From Eledone cirrhosa (Eukaryota): a DNA stretch of 64,000 bases. The notes under the pieces were generated by a model, which saw only the letters and a program-made list of their open reading frames with translations, was not told the origin of the DNA and searched no databases. The position numbers and the translations under genes are program-made. This document shows positions 1 to 11,775 of this stretch, piece after piece (the stretch's first letter is position 1; every line of letters begins with the position of its first letter). The stretch lies in the NCBI GenBank assembly GCA_964016885.1, contig OZ024741.1:170066001-170130000 (forward strand). The letters run 5' to 3'.

Positions 1-759
1 ATATATATATATATATATATATAGGGAAATGTTTGACCCTAACGGCAGAGCGAACTTTTAGCGCGGTAAATAAATAACCAAACTTTTCAAGGGGTAATTC
101 CTTATATGGGAAGATTGTAGTTGTCAAGAGGATTGGTCAACATTTCTTGTAAACACAATTAAGTCTTTCATGGCAGAGGGTGGGGGGTAGGGGTGGCTGA
201 ACTTGCCTGTAGAACAATGAGGGAGTGGGTGGAGCCGGTCAAGCGTTGAAAGTGAATTCTATACACCAAATTCTAAGGATTGTGTATGGAAATAAGCTAG
301 ATAGGAAGCAGGTGAAAAAGGATTCTGGAGAAAATATACAGGGGACGTTATAGAATAGGTAAATAAATTGAGATTAGAAGATAATAAATAAATAAAAAAT
401 ATATAAAAATATGAAATTGGATAGTAAGAAGTAATAAAAAATCTCTAGAGTCTAAAACAGCTGCTATATTTCGTTGGTATTGCGTTTTCAGCCAATGCTA
501 TAAATAATTTACTAGGGTGGTGGTACTGAGGCTACAAAAGCCTGATGGGCTGCATCGGGTTAGGCGAAAGGGAAAAAAGGAAACGGAAGAGGATGGGGAG
601 TGGAAGGAAGTGATAGGAAGAGATAAAGGGAAGAAGAAAAATAAAAGGAAAAGAAAAAAGTAAAGAAGTACATCTACCTATGTTAGCTGGGGGTTCTCCT
701 ATCTCGTTCGGCAAGTGGGGAAAAGGAGCAAGTTGCAGCCATTGTCTACCCACCCGGGT

Positions 760-1710
760 CATGAGGGGGTTTGAAGGCGAGGTAAGTCCTACGCAAACGG
801 TGTTTGCATGCAGTTACAAATTCGTCTTTTTAGTTTAGGAGTTGGTCCTTCGTAAACAGCATTTTTAATGTTTCCTCCGAGCATAAGCTACACGGACGGC
901 GTCCTTTTGTGTAGGAGCTAGCCCTGGACAGTAAGCTCCAAGTAAGATTGTATGTTATGTTATTATCTTGGAGGTCCCAGATGTGGCCCGAAAGTGTGGT
1001 GGCATGTCACCAGGCCGGGTTTCGGAACGTATGTCGGTTTTGGTAGAGCCGTGTCTTAAAGTCACAAGCGGTTAATCTTATAGGGGCACGTAGATCTATC
1101 AGGGCCGTTACACCTCCTGGTCGGCCCTTCACTAATATCTAGGTTGTTGCTTCCATAGGGGTTGAGTTTTTTGTTGTTTGAGGAGGCGATGTTTTGTGCG
1201 AAGTTGGGTGCGGTGCTGTAGGAGAGTTTGATAGTGTTTTTGTTGATTATGTTGTGGTAGCGGTGTTGTGGTGGGAAGTGTTTTTCGAGGAGCCTAAAGA
1301 AAATTTTCCTGATAGGTGTTGCCACTTCGGCATTGTGGGGAGGGTTGAACCACGTTACGTGGCGTGAACGGCGGCGTCGCCTGCTGGTTCCGCTGAGGGA
1401 AGCTGGTTAAAAGGAGATTTCCTCCCGGAAGCCGCTTCGCTTGAGGAGCCTGGTTGTAATGAGGCGCATATTCATCGAATATCTGCGCATTAGCGGACAA
1501 ACGAGATATGCGGAGGGAGATGTTTTTAACCAGGTTATTGGTGATGTTTCTAGGATGGTTAGAGCGGCGGTTGATGTAGTGCAGGTTGTTGTTTGGTTGC
1601 CTGTATGGGTATACAGATCATTTTCTAGGTTGAGGGTAACGTCCAGGAAATCGACTCGGGTTAAGGACGTTTGTAGGGTGATTTTAAATCCCCAGTCCCG
1701 GAAGAAGTTT
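760..1710 (-). pseudogene. Frameshifted PLE RT-thumb/GIY-YIG remnant
   Basis: ORF pieces 1407-1907, 1294-1500 and 1062-1325 match PLE motifs in different frames. Confidence 0.8.
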
Positions 1711-2328
1711 CCCCACTTGCCGAACAAGATAGGGGAAACCCCAGCTAACATAGGTAGATGTACTTCTTTACTTTTTTTTCTTTTCCTTTTTATTTTTCTT
1801 CTTCCCTTTATCTCTTCCTTCCACTCCCTATCCTCTTCCTTTTCCTTTTTCCCCTTTCGCCTATCCCGAGGTAGCCCATCGGGCTTTTGTATCCTCAGTA
1901 CCCCCACCCCAGTAAATTATTTATAGCATTGGCCGAAAACGCAATACCAACGAAATATAGCAGCTGTTTTAGACTCTCGAGATTTTTTATTACTTCTTAC
2001 TGTCCAATTTCATATTTTTATATATTATTTATTTATTTATTATCTTCTAATCTCAATTTATTAACCTATTCTATAACGTCCCCTCTCTATTTTCTCCAGA
2101 ATCCTTTTTCACCTGCTTCCTATCTAGCCTATTTCCATACACAATCCTTAGAATTTGCTGTATAGAATTCACTTTCAACACTTGACCGGCTCCACCCAAT
2201 CCCTCATTGTTCTACAGGCAAGTTCAGCCACCCCTACCCCCCACCCTCTGCCATGAAAGACTTAATTGTATTTACAAGAAATTTTGACCAATCCTCTTGA
2301 CAACTACAATCTTCCCATATAAGGAATT

Positions 2329-2424
2329 ACCCCTTGAAAAGTTCGGCTATTTATTTACCACGCTAAAAATTCTAATTTAGTCCAGAATTAGCCGTCGGAA
2401 CGGCTTGAGCTCTGCCGTCGGGGT
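2329..2424 (+). ncRNA. Type I hammerhead ribozyme, U3-A8 core variant (GAAA mutated to GGAA in this copy)
   Basis: Stem I ACCCC/GGGGU; core UUGAAAA; stem II CGGCUA..UAGCCG; stem III ACGGC..GCCGU; GUC site. The paralog at ~40511-40557 retains GAAA. Confidence 0.7.
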
Positions 2425-2647
2425 CAAACTTTTTCCTATTACCCACTCTACTACCCTAAGTATTGAGTACTCTGTTGCGTTATGGTCCATCTGGTTCCTA
2501 ACCACACCTTCGTGATATATATATATATATAAACATTATTGCGCCTGAATTAAATCTTTCGTAAATATCAATATAAAACTTTTTCATGGAAAATTTAATT
2601 AAGAGCTCAATAAAATAGAATAATTTGGTACGAGAACTATAATATAA

Positions 2648-2827
2648 GTGTTTCTACTTTTGGCACAAGGTCAGCAATTACCCAGTACATTACTTTATTT
2701 TATCGACCCATAAGGATGAAAGGCAAAGTTAACCTCGACGGGATTTGAACTCAGACCGTAAAGGACGTAACTATGCTAGAAAGCATGGCGTCCAACCCTC
2801 TACCGATACTGCCAATTCACCGCTCTT
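2648..2827 (-). mobile_element. tRNA-derived SINE (family A) with 17-bp TSD
   Basis: A/B boxes on the minus strand (TGGCAGTATCGG; GAGTTCAAATCC). TSD cgagaactataatataa at 2631-2647 and 2828-2844. Confidence 0.9.
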
Positions 2828-3408
2828 CGAGAACTATAATATAATAGCGCCTTGAAATTGAATATATTCTATTTCACTGGACATTTTGCAAGAAAAAATA
2901 TTTTTGTTAAATTTGTGTATGTTTTCCTATCATTTTATCACACCTTTTCTCAAAATAAATGTTACCCTTGACTGTAGCTTTAACTTAACTGATAACAATA
3001 AGTCAAATATATCCTTTCATAAGCCAAAAACATCAATAGAGGCCGGTGCTTTTGTCGGGGCAACAGTATGTTCCCACTGAATGAATCTTACAATGAAACT
3101 TCCATCGTATAAGAGGCAGAGATTAAATCTACAAACCCAAATTTCCATACATCTCTGAAGTATGATATTTGTATGACATAAGTGCCATTAAAAACCATGT
3201 TACAATCATATCTCTTCTCAGTATTTATGGATACATGAAATCCAGAAAGGCTCTTGAGTAATATTAATAATATTATTATTCAAAATAGCCCTGTAGTACA
3301 TTTGAACATACCGTAAACATGTTGAAGACACTGGAATAACAAGTCTTCTAACATGCACCTGGTAGTAATTCTATTTATCATCTATATATTATAGGAAATC
3401 ACCCTCCA

Positions 3409-3505
<97 letters not shown>
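3409..3505. repeat. (CA)n microsatellite
   Basis: Direct reading. Confidence 0.95.
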
Positions 3506-3506
<1 letters not shown>

Positions 3507-5402
3507 TCAAATACCTTTTAATGTACACTTATATGTATTTACAAATACATGCATATTTATATAGGCTCACACGTTTTCATTCATGAATACTTCGATTAAT
3601 ATAAAAAATACAGAAACATTATTTTCCTTTACCCACCAACATTTTCCTTTAAACGTATTCTATATTTAGCCAACACCAAACTGACATTACTGCTATGACA
3701 CATTATAAATATACATCAGTAACAGACAATCAACGTTAAGTCTATTTTCTTCTCTACTATGTTGGTCACGCAATATGCTTTCTGCTCTTTCTATTTATTT
3801 ACTTGATGTAGCGAATCACCTGCTCACTGTCCCCTCCTCTCACTCTTTTAACCTCCTCCTCAATACTTTGTTGATTTGTTTCCCATTTCTTTCTTCCTAT
3901 TTTCTCCATTACACGTATTTTCAGTTGTCTCACATGCAATCTGCGATTAGATGTTTAGTGTTTCTCACTGTTACTATCTACCGCTTTTCTTACGGTTTTA
4001 TATCTCCCAATGTCTGAATACACGCAAACACGCACACACACTCACACACACAAGCGCACGGGCCCACACACACACGAGCACACATGCCCCTCCCCACACA
4101 CATAGGGAGAGAGAAAGAGAGAGTAAGAGAGGGAGAGAGAGTGAGAGGGAGAGAGAGAGAGAGAAAGGTAAAGCGAGAGAAATGCACCAACGCATTCACT
4201 AATACACCTGATTTTATAAATATCTTACACTATTCTACAAATACAAAAGGATGACAGTTTATATATCATATTTGTTTCTTTCTAGTGTTTAATTAACCCG
4301 TATATAACGACACATGTTTTAGCATGAACACTAAACAGCTATATCGCTGCCACAAATGTAATCTCATTGTAAATCTATTATTTCATAAACTATTAGAGAT
4401 GTCGCGATAAACCTTTTTAATATTTACTGAATGTCTTAATAATGCCATTATTTTAAACTTAAAAACAGGATACTACTTTTTTTTCCTACATACTAGCAGT
4501 CGGTGGCCATCAATGTATCCAGCAACAATAAGCTATGAGAAGCAAACTTATTTTCATACAATCAGCAGCAGTTGATCGCTACGCGTTCCATCATGTAATC
4601 TAAACCAGCCAGTGATAATAAGTTCACTCAATTAGGACACATCTTACTTAGAAGCCGTCAAAGCCTTCTCAACCTGCACTAAGCATCTGAATGAAGACTC
4701 AAGCTGTATATATAAATACATATATACTACTATGTGTGTGTGTGTGTGTACAGAAACAAAAACTGTAGCCAAACATATATAAAGGTTAAAGAAGCAATAA
4801 TATGAAATATGCAAAGTTGAGTAAATATGTGACAAGGATTGGAAGGTAAAAAAGGTATCACATAACAGATTAAAAAGTAAGTGGCAAATAAAGAAAGTAT
4901 GTATGTCCATATTTGAATGATAAACTGTTCATTATCTGGTAATATAATCTTCCAATATTTGAACAAATATTTATCAAAGTGACGACATTAACTGAACAAG
5001 TCAGACCTGTTATTTGAACAGTCTGCAGATTGTTGGCGTTCATGAGTGTAAGGTTCGTTTTGACAATATAACCAGATGATTTTGTGTAAATTCCGTACGG
5101 TTTATATCGGAGATCTCCTGCTTGATCTCGAATGAACTGAGTGATTCGACAAGTATTGATAGATTAAATAAATACAACGCTAAAATAAGTACCGGGACTA
5201 GAAACATTTGAACGTTGTGCTCCAGTATAGCTGAAGTTCGATTTTGTAACCAGTAAAAAAAACAAACCAAAGGCGGTCTTTATTCTTTTGTATTTTGTAA
5301 CTCCTTGCCTTTATTAATTTCATCTAAATATGAATGAAAAACGATGGGTGCACAATGTGGCAACGCTGCCATATTAGTGCAGTTTGCTTAAGGCTGTTTT
5401 TA

Positions 5403-5439
<37 letters not shown>

Positions 5440-5810
5440 GTCGTATTAGTCGTAGTATTGTTATTATTGTTGTTGTTATTGTTATTATTATTATTTATCA
5501 TATCAGAAACGTGTTTACTAATGAACCAAGATAATTGTCTTTCACTGCCAATTAAATATGCAGAACAAAAAATAAATAATGAAAAGAAAAACCCATAAAA
5601 ACATTTTGTAGAATATAAAATAAAAACTCGAAAAATAATAGTATTATACATAAAAATAAATAGAAATAATAAAAAAAAAAGGAAGTAAATATACAGAAGT
5701 AAAAATATTTTAAACAATGCAAATATAAACAACTGTTTGTAAATTTTGACATTTTCTGATAATTATTTCCAGAATATGATACTATGATACACACACACAC
5801 ACACAACAGT

Positions 5811-5865
<55 letters not shown>

Positions 5866-5913
5866 CTTCTATACACAATCAAACACACCCGTGTATATTT
5901 ATTTATATATACA

Positions 5914-5973
<60 letters not shown>

Positions 5974-6023
5974 GAATAAGTAAAAGCGAAGTAGTTTCAG
6001 ATGTTCAAGTCCTTTAATAATAA

Positions 6024-6208
6024 TTGTTTCTACTCTAGGCACAAGGCCAGCAAATACCCAGTACATTACTGGTACTTTATTTCATCGACCCCGTAAGGAT
6101 GAAAGGCAAAGTTAACCTCGGCGGGATTTGAACTCAGACTTTAAAGGGACGTAAGTATGCCAGAAAGCATGGCGTCCAACCCTCTACCGATACTGCCAAT
6201 TCACCGCC
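6024..6208 (-). mobile_element. tRNA-derived SINE A inserted into pLTR
   Basis: Full SINE with TSD ctttaataataat; the empty site is visible in the paralog at ~7484-7496. Confidence 0.9.
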
Positions 6209-6221
6209 CTTTAATAATAAT

Positions 6222-6295
6222 GCTGTCATATATATTTCAATGACGACACTGGCCACACTGTTCTGTGTGCGAGTGTCGTGACATCATCAGACAGC
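6222..6295 (-). ncRNA. Hammerhead ribozyme copy, cleavage site mutated (AUG)
   Basis: Reverse complement of the 7716-7789 motif, with H17=G. Confidence 0.7.
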
Positions 6296-7496
6296 TTGTT
6301 ACATAATAAGGTTGTTTCCGAGGCAATCCAAATTGAATCGACATGGGAACGGATGAAGTTCGTGCTTTTGGGTTTTTCATCCGTTCCCTTGTGAGTACCA
6401 ATTCACCCCCACCGGTCTGCGCAAGCGCATGTCCGAAGGAAGTTGACCATTAGCACCGCAGATTTCAACGAAATTCACTGTCAGTGGCCCACCTATGCCT
6501 TGCCAAAGTTTACTGCTACCCATCGCTACTGTGGCCGTCAGCCGAAAGCCAGAGGGGATGGGAGGGTGTTAGTTTTTATAGGTCATAATACTACCTTTCA
6601 CTAAGCGTTGACAGTAAGACTGACCATCAACTCATAAGGGAAAATAAACTTAATTCTAGGTACTATGGTTTTACATAGTAAGTTAAGAGTGAGAGTTGGG
6701 AATAAAAATTAAAATTAAAAGTTAAAATCCTAAATCGAATATCAGAGATTATAAATTAAACAATAAAGAATTCAAAAATTCTGAATTCAAAAATTTTTTT
6801 CAAGTGATAATTCCGATTAAGTAAAGATATAGATTGAAGTGAGTAAATAATATGGAGAGAGATGTTTAAGTAATATGTTCTGGGAGGGATTCTAGTGTTA
6901 CAGATATTGAACGGCAGTGCCGTACATTATAACGGAGGGCAAACCACATGGTTCAAGGCATTAGTCAAACCGTTACACGGTCATACTTTCCATCACATGG
7001 AACAGAGTCAAAGAAAAACAGACATAAGGTACACAAAAGAAAAGAAAAGAACAGAGACAATAGTGAATAAATGCAAAAACACAGAGTACATATATGTAAA
7101 ATGATCCATATGATTGTTCATCTGTCCGTGTATAGATTGAATTGAGGGCGCCTCTGTTCAAAAGCGATTTGTTGCAGGAAAATAGGGGTTTATCTTATTT
7201 TTTGTTTCCGCGTATTTATCCTGCCGAAAGATACTATTACGCCCGTCCAGTGTCAGGGGTTTTTCATCCCCATGGTAGAGGGGATTTCCGGGGTAGCTCT
7301 TGGTTGGTTCCTCTCTTCTCCACCATATCGGTTACATCATAGAGCGCTCAACTAATTGGAGCTTAATTATTAGGGTAAATATTGATGCAATTCAATTCAA
7401 GCACTCAACGTACTTTTTCCACATAGGAGTGACGGAGTAAATATCGAATAAGTAAAAGCGAAGTAGTTTCAGATGTTCAAGTCCTTTAATAATAAT

Positions 7497-7570
7497 GCTG
7501 TGATATATATTTCAATGACGACACTGGCCACACTGTTCTGTGTGCGAGTGTCGTGACATCATCAGGCAGC
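7497..7570 (-). ncRNA. Type I hammerhead ribozyme
   Basis: Reverse complement of 7716-7789. Confidence 0.78.
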
Positions 7571-7715
7571 TTGTTACATAATAAGGTTGTTTCCGAGGCT
7601 TTCCGGATGAAGTTCGTGCTTTTGGGTTTTTCATCCGTTCCCTTGTGAGTACCAATTCACCCCCACCGGTCTGCGAAAGCGCATGTCCGAAGGAAACAAC
7701 CTTATTATGTAACAA

Positions 7716-7789
7716 GCTGTCTGATGATGTCACGACACTCGCACATAGAACAGTGTGGCCAGTGTCGTCATTGAAATATATATCACAGC
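7716..7789 (+). ncRNA. Type I hammerhead ribozyme
   Basis: GCUGU-CUGAUGA-long stem II (ACGACACU/AGUGUCGU)-GAAA-UAUAUA-UC^-ACAGC; palindromic stem III. Confidence 0.82.
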
Positions 7790-7912
7790 ATTATTATTAA
7801 AGGACTTGAACATCTGAAACTACTTCGCTTTTACTTATTCTATATTTACTCCGTCACTCCTATGTGGAAAAAGTACGTTGAGTGCTTGAATTGAATTGCA
7901 TCAATGTTTACC

Positions 7913-7973
<61 letters not shown>

Positions 7974-8809
7974 GCATATCACCAACGCAAAGCAGATAAA
8001 ATTCTTAGATCTCCCTGCTTATATCAATCTGCGTGCCATCTATTTTTCTTTCCTCTTCTCTCTTTCCATCTCTTTTTCTGTGGTCTTTGTCTCCAGACTA
8101 CTTTGTTACAGTTGGATTATTCCTAACACCTTCATTCTCAGTTTTGGTTGCCTCTGTTATTTTCTTGATGTGTTCCTTTTAATTGTGACTATGGATGTGG
8201 AAAAAGGTGCTTTATCCCTTGATGCAATCTTTGTTCGCAGTTGAAAGACGTTAACGTAATAATTGTATTAGATCATCTCAGCTGTAGACCTTTAATTTTT
8301 CTTGTTTTTGTCTCTTTCTTTTCGTCTTTTCCTATCTAAGGACTACTGTTTAATTTTCGTTTTATTATGTTTACCTCTTACCCCAGTTTCTTTTTCTTGT
8401 TTGATGTACTTCTCCCCGAATCTATTTTATATCCATGGGTCCTATGTGGTGAGGAGTTATATTGTTTAAGGGACCTAAACTACGTTTAAGTCGTGTAGAA
8501 TAGCTTATGAAAGGGTAGTACATATATGCCTCATCTTTACATTGTGTGATTGTGTATTTTTTGCATATATATAAACAATATTGTATATATCTGCACTGGT
8601 GCAATATGAGCAGATGTATGTCTTTAATCCTTTCGTTACCATATTTCTAATGAAATATAATAACTATTATTTTGAAATCTTTTTGCAAATAATCAAAGCC
8701 TTTGAGCATTTAGTGATAGAATTAACTTTCTCATTACGAAGCTGGTGTGTAGAATATAAATTGAAAAACTTCTTAAATAAAATTATGATGGAAAGTTCTA
8801 TAGTAAATG

Positions 8810-8916
8810 TAATTGTTTCTACTTTAGGCACAAGGCCAGCAATTACCCAGTGCATTACTGGTACTTCATTTTATCGACCCCGTAAGGATGAAAGGCAAAG
8901 TTAACCTCGGCGGGAT
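8810..8916 (-). mobile_element. SINE A 3' fragment
   Basis: Matches the 3' half of the SINE at 58127-58317. Confidence 0.85.
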
Positions 8917-9059
8917 AAAATAACTTTAATATATACAGCTGTGTAACGTAAAACCAGAATGTCTTCAAGCTAATTGGCATCAGAAGGGTTAATATATCAG
9001 CTCATAAAGTTATTTGATATTACCTGAACACATTATTATATTGGATAGTACAGCAACTG

Positions 9060-9400
9060 AAGGATGGTGGATTTGTAGAAGCGGTAGAATGAGGGACAAA
9101 TATTATGCCGTATTCCATCATGTTACTTTAAACTCTGAATTCAAATTCCATTGGACAAGAATTTGCCTTTTATCCCTATACGTTCGATAAAATATAGTGC
9201 CAGTTAATTACTAGTTTTATATGCGGTGGATTGGTAGTATCGGTAGAGGCTCGAACGCCATGGTTTTCAGCATAGAGTTACGCCCCTTTATGGTCTGAGT
9301 TCAAATCCAACCGAGGTTAACTTTGCCTTTCATCCTTACGGGGTCGATAAAATAAAGCACCAGTAATGCAGTGGAATATTTGCTGGCCTTGTGACAAAAA
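9060..9400 (+). mobile_element. Two SINE copies (old diverged ~9060-9205; family A ~9222-9400)
   Basis: A/B boxes and the conserved tttcatccttacggggtcgataaaat body. Confidence 0.8.
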
Positions 9401-9710
9401 TGAAATTTGCTGCACCCTAGGATATGTGTATAACTTCGTGTTTATGTCAAATCTACTAAGCTGATACCAACTTAATGGATCCATTTATTAAGTTCTTGTT
9501 CAAAGACGGTTCGAACGCTGGAACGAATTGAACACTAATAGCAGGCAGTATATTTCTAATATTTTATCACGTTCAAAGAAAGCCTGATACAGGCATGAAC
9601 GTCAGCACACATACGTACACTTACACACATATACATATTATATACTGTTATATCCCGAATGCATGCATGTGTGTTTTTAATTTTTAATTCGGGAATTCTG
9701 AATAATAGAT

Positions 9711-9883
<173 letters not shown>

Positions 9884-10058
9884 ATACTTGGGGCCCTCCC
9901 CAAGTATAACAATATATTTGTGTAATAATATTGCCATAATTAATAACAGAACACACTCACTGTTTGGTTGGTTTTCGCTTCTGTGTCTTTTATATCGGTT
10001 AATTTAATTTATTCGGTCTTCAATGTTACCATTGACTGACCAACGGTCATATATATAT

Positions 10059-10174
<116 letters not shown>

Positions 10175-10308
10175 GTAGATAAATCTACCAAGAGTTTACG
10201 GTAGTGTCCAATCCGTATGAAGAACTCAATGTAATCCGGATATCATGGAAAGAAGAGATGCATTCAAAAATCACTTTCGGTGAAAGATAAACGGAATACA
10301 GAGTCAAG

Positions 10309-10694
10309 ATAAAGTATTAAAAAAATAATGAATAAAACAATGAAACAGTTCCTTATATTAAACAAAAAAAAGTTCATTATTTAACGATCGTTTCTAGGAC
10401 ATATATGTGTTAGAATTGGCATGCATATTCAACAGATCTATGTACAAAATTATACAAAATTATACAAACTATCAAATTAAATATACATACCAAGAAGACG
10501 GCATATGTATGTGTTGGTATGTATATTTAATTTGATAGTTTGTATAATTTTGTATAATTTTGTACATAGATCTGTTGAATATGCATGCCAATTCTAACAC
10601 ATATATGTCCTAGAAACGATCGTTAAATAATGAACTTTTTTTGTTTAATATAAGGAACTGTTTCATTGTTTTATTCATTATTTTTTTAATACTT

Positions 10695-10697
<3 letters not shown>
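10309..10697. repeat. Near-perfect ~185-bp-arm inverted repeat (hairpin element)
   Basis: 10309-10493 is the reverse complement of ~10513-10697, with a ~20-bp spacer. Confidence 0.9.
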
Positions 10698-10735
<38 letters not shown>

Positions 10736-10747
10736 CTGTGTGTGTGT

Positions 10748-10784
<37 letters not shown>

Positions 10785-11063
10785 ACCAATCATTTAAAAA
10801 AAAAGCCTTCATGAGCCCCTTTTTTTAAGTAAAAAGAAATTCAAACACTTATATATGAAAAAAACAACCCGAGACCCCCCCCCCATTGTTTGAAGAACTT
10901 TGTAACGCGAACTGGCGCGAAATTTATTATACTTATTGACCAACCAATCAAATTACATCTCTAAAAACCTGGCGTTTCGAGCCACTTTTTTCCATATAGA
11001 ACAAGTAACATTCAAAGACCAACCAGATGTGAGAAAAACCACAGGCCCTCCATCTCAACTCTA

Positions 11064-11099
11064 CTTTTGAAAAACAGAAGAACTGCGAAACCGGTAAAG
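11064..11099 (+). ncRNA. Minimal hammerhead, U3-A8 variant
   Basis: CUU-UUGAAAA-stem II-GAAA-CCGG-UA^-AAG; better-paired paralog at 59190-59225. Confidence 0.55.
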
Positions 11100-11154
11100 G
11101 AACCAAATAAATATATATTTAAAAAAAATAAGACTCCAGTAGCATTTTCGATTT

Positions 11155-11232
<78 letters not shown>

Positions 11233-11266
11233 CTCTGTCTCTCTGTCTCTCTGTCTCTCTCTCTAT

Positions 11267-11356
<90 letters not shown>

Positions 11357-11531
11357 TATAAATATATATATATATATATATTGTTATACTTTGGGAGGGT
11401 CATGTTGCCAATATGAAACACACGCACCAGTTGCTTTCACTTCAATTTATTATAATAAATTTATAAATTTAGGAATTTATAAATTTCTGGTTGGTTGGTT
11501 GGTTCCACAACCAGATAGTTGTTTATATATT

Positions 11532-11574
11532 GTCAAAGTTCTTTCGTCACACATTCTGTGATCTCTTCAGTGAC
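11532..11574 (-). ncRNA. Minimal type I hammerhead (PLE2 pLTR)
   Basis: GUCA-CUGAAGAG-UCAC..GUGAC-GAAA-GAAC-UU^-UGAC. Confidence 0.75.
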
Positions 11575-11775
11575 TGGGGATTCTTTTCTTTCTTTTTGTG
11601 CCTCTCCTTTGTTCTGTCCTACGCCATTTTGTTTATGTGTGTGTGTTGTGTGCTCAGTCTGCGCATGCGCCACATCCGGGTGTCTGTGTGTGTTTATATT
11701 CGTTTATTTATTTGTTTATTTACATGTTACCGGTTGGTTGTTTGTTCTATGTGCGTGTGTGTTTTCGTTTTGTCC

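Larger units (their letters stand above)
23..2514 (-). mobile_element. Decayed Penelope-like element (PLE1, probably Nematis-like) with inverted pLTR arms
   Basis: Arms ~23-726 and ~1708-2438 are reverse complements. Between them, minus-strand fragments encode the RT C-terminus/thumb (VDFLDVTLNL; FPPQHRYHNIINKNTIKLSYS) and a broken GIY-YIG region, similar to the 21425-23266 ORF. Flanked by (TA)n. Confidence 0.88.
5973..7915 (-). mobile_element. Non-coding PLE-type element: partial tandem pLTRs plus inverted end, three HHR copies
   Basis: 5973-6440 repeats directly at ~7445-7693; 7693-7915 is an inverted copy of ~7370-7592. No RT ORF. Flanked by (TA)n. Confidence 0.8.

Noticed and set aside
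10565-10630. CUGUUGA..GAAACGAUCGUU in the hairpin element
   Set aside because: A6 is mutated and there is no convincing stem I or II.
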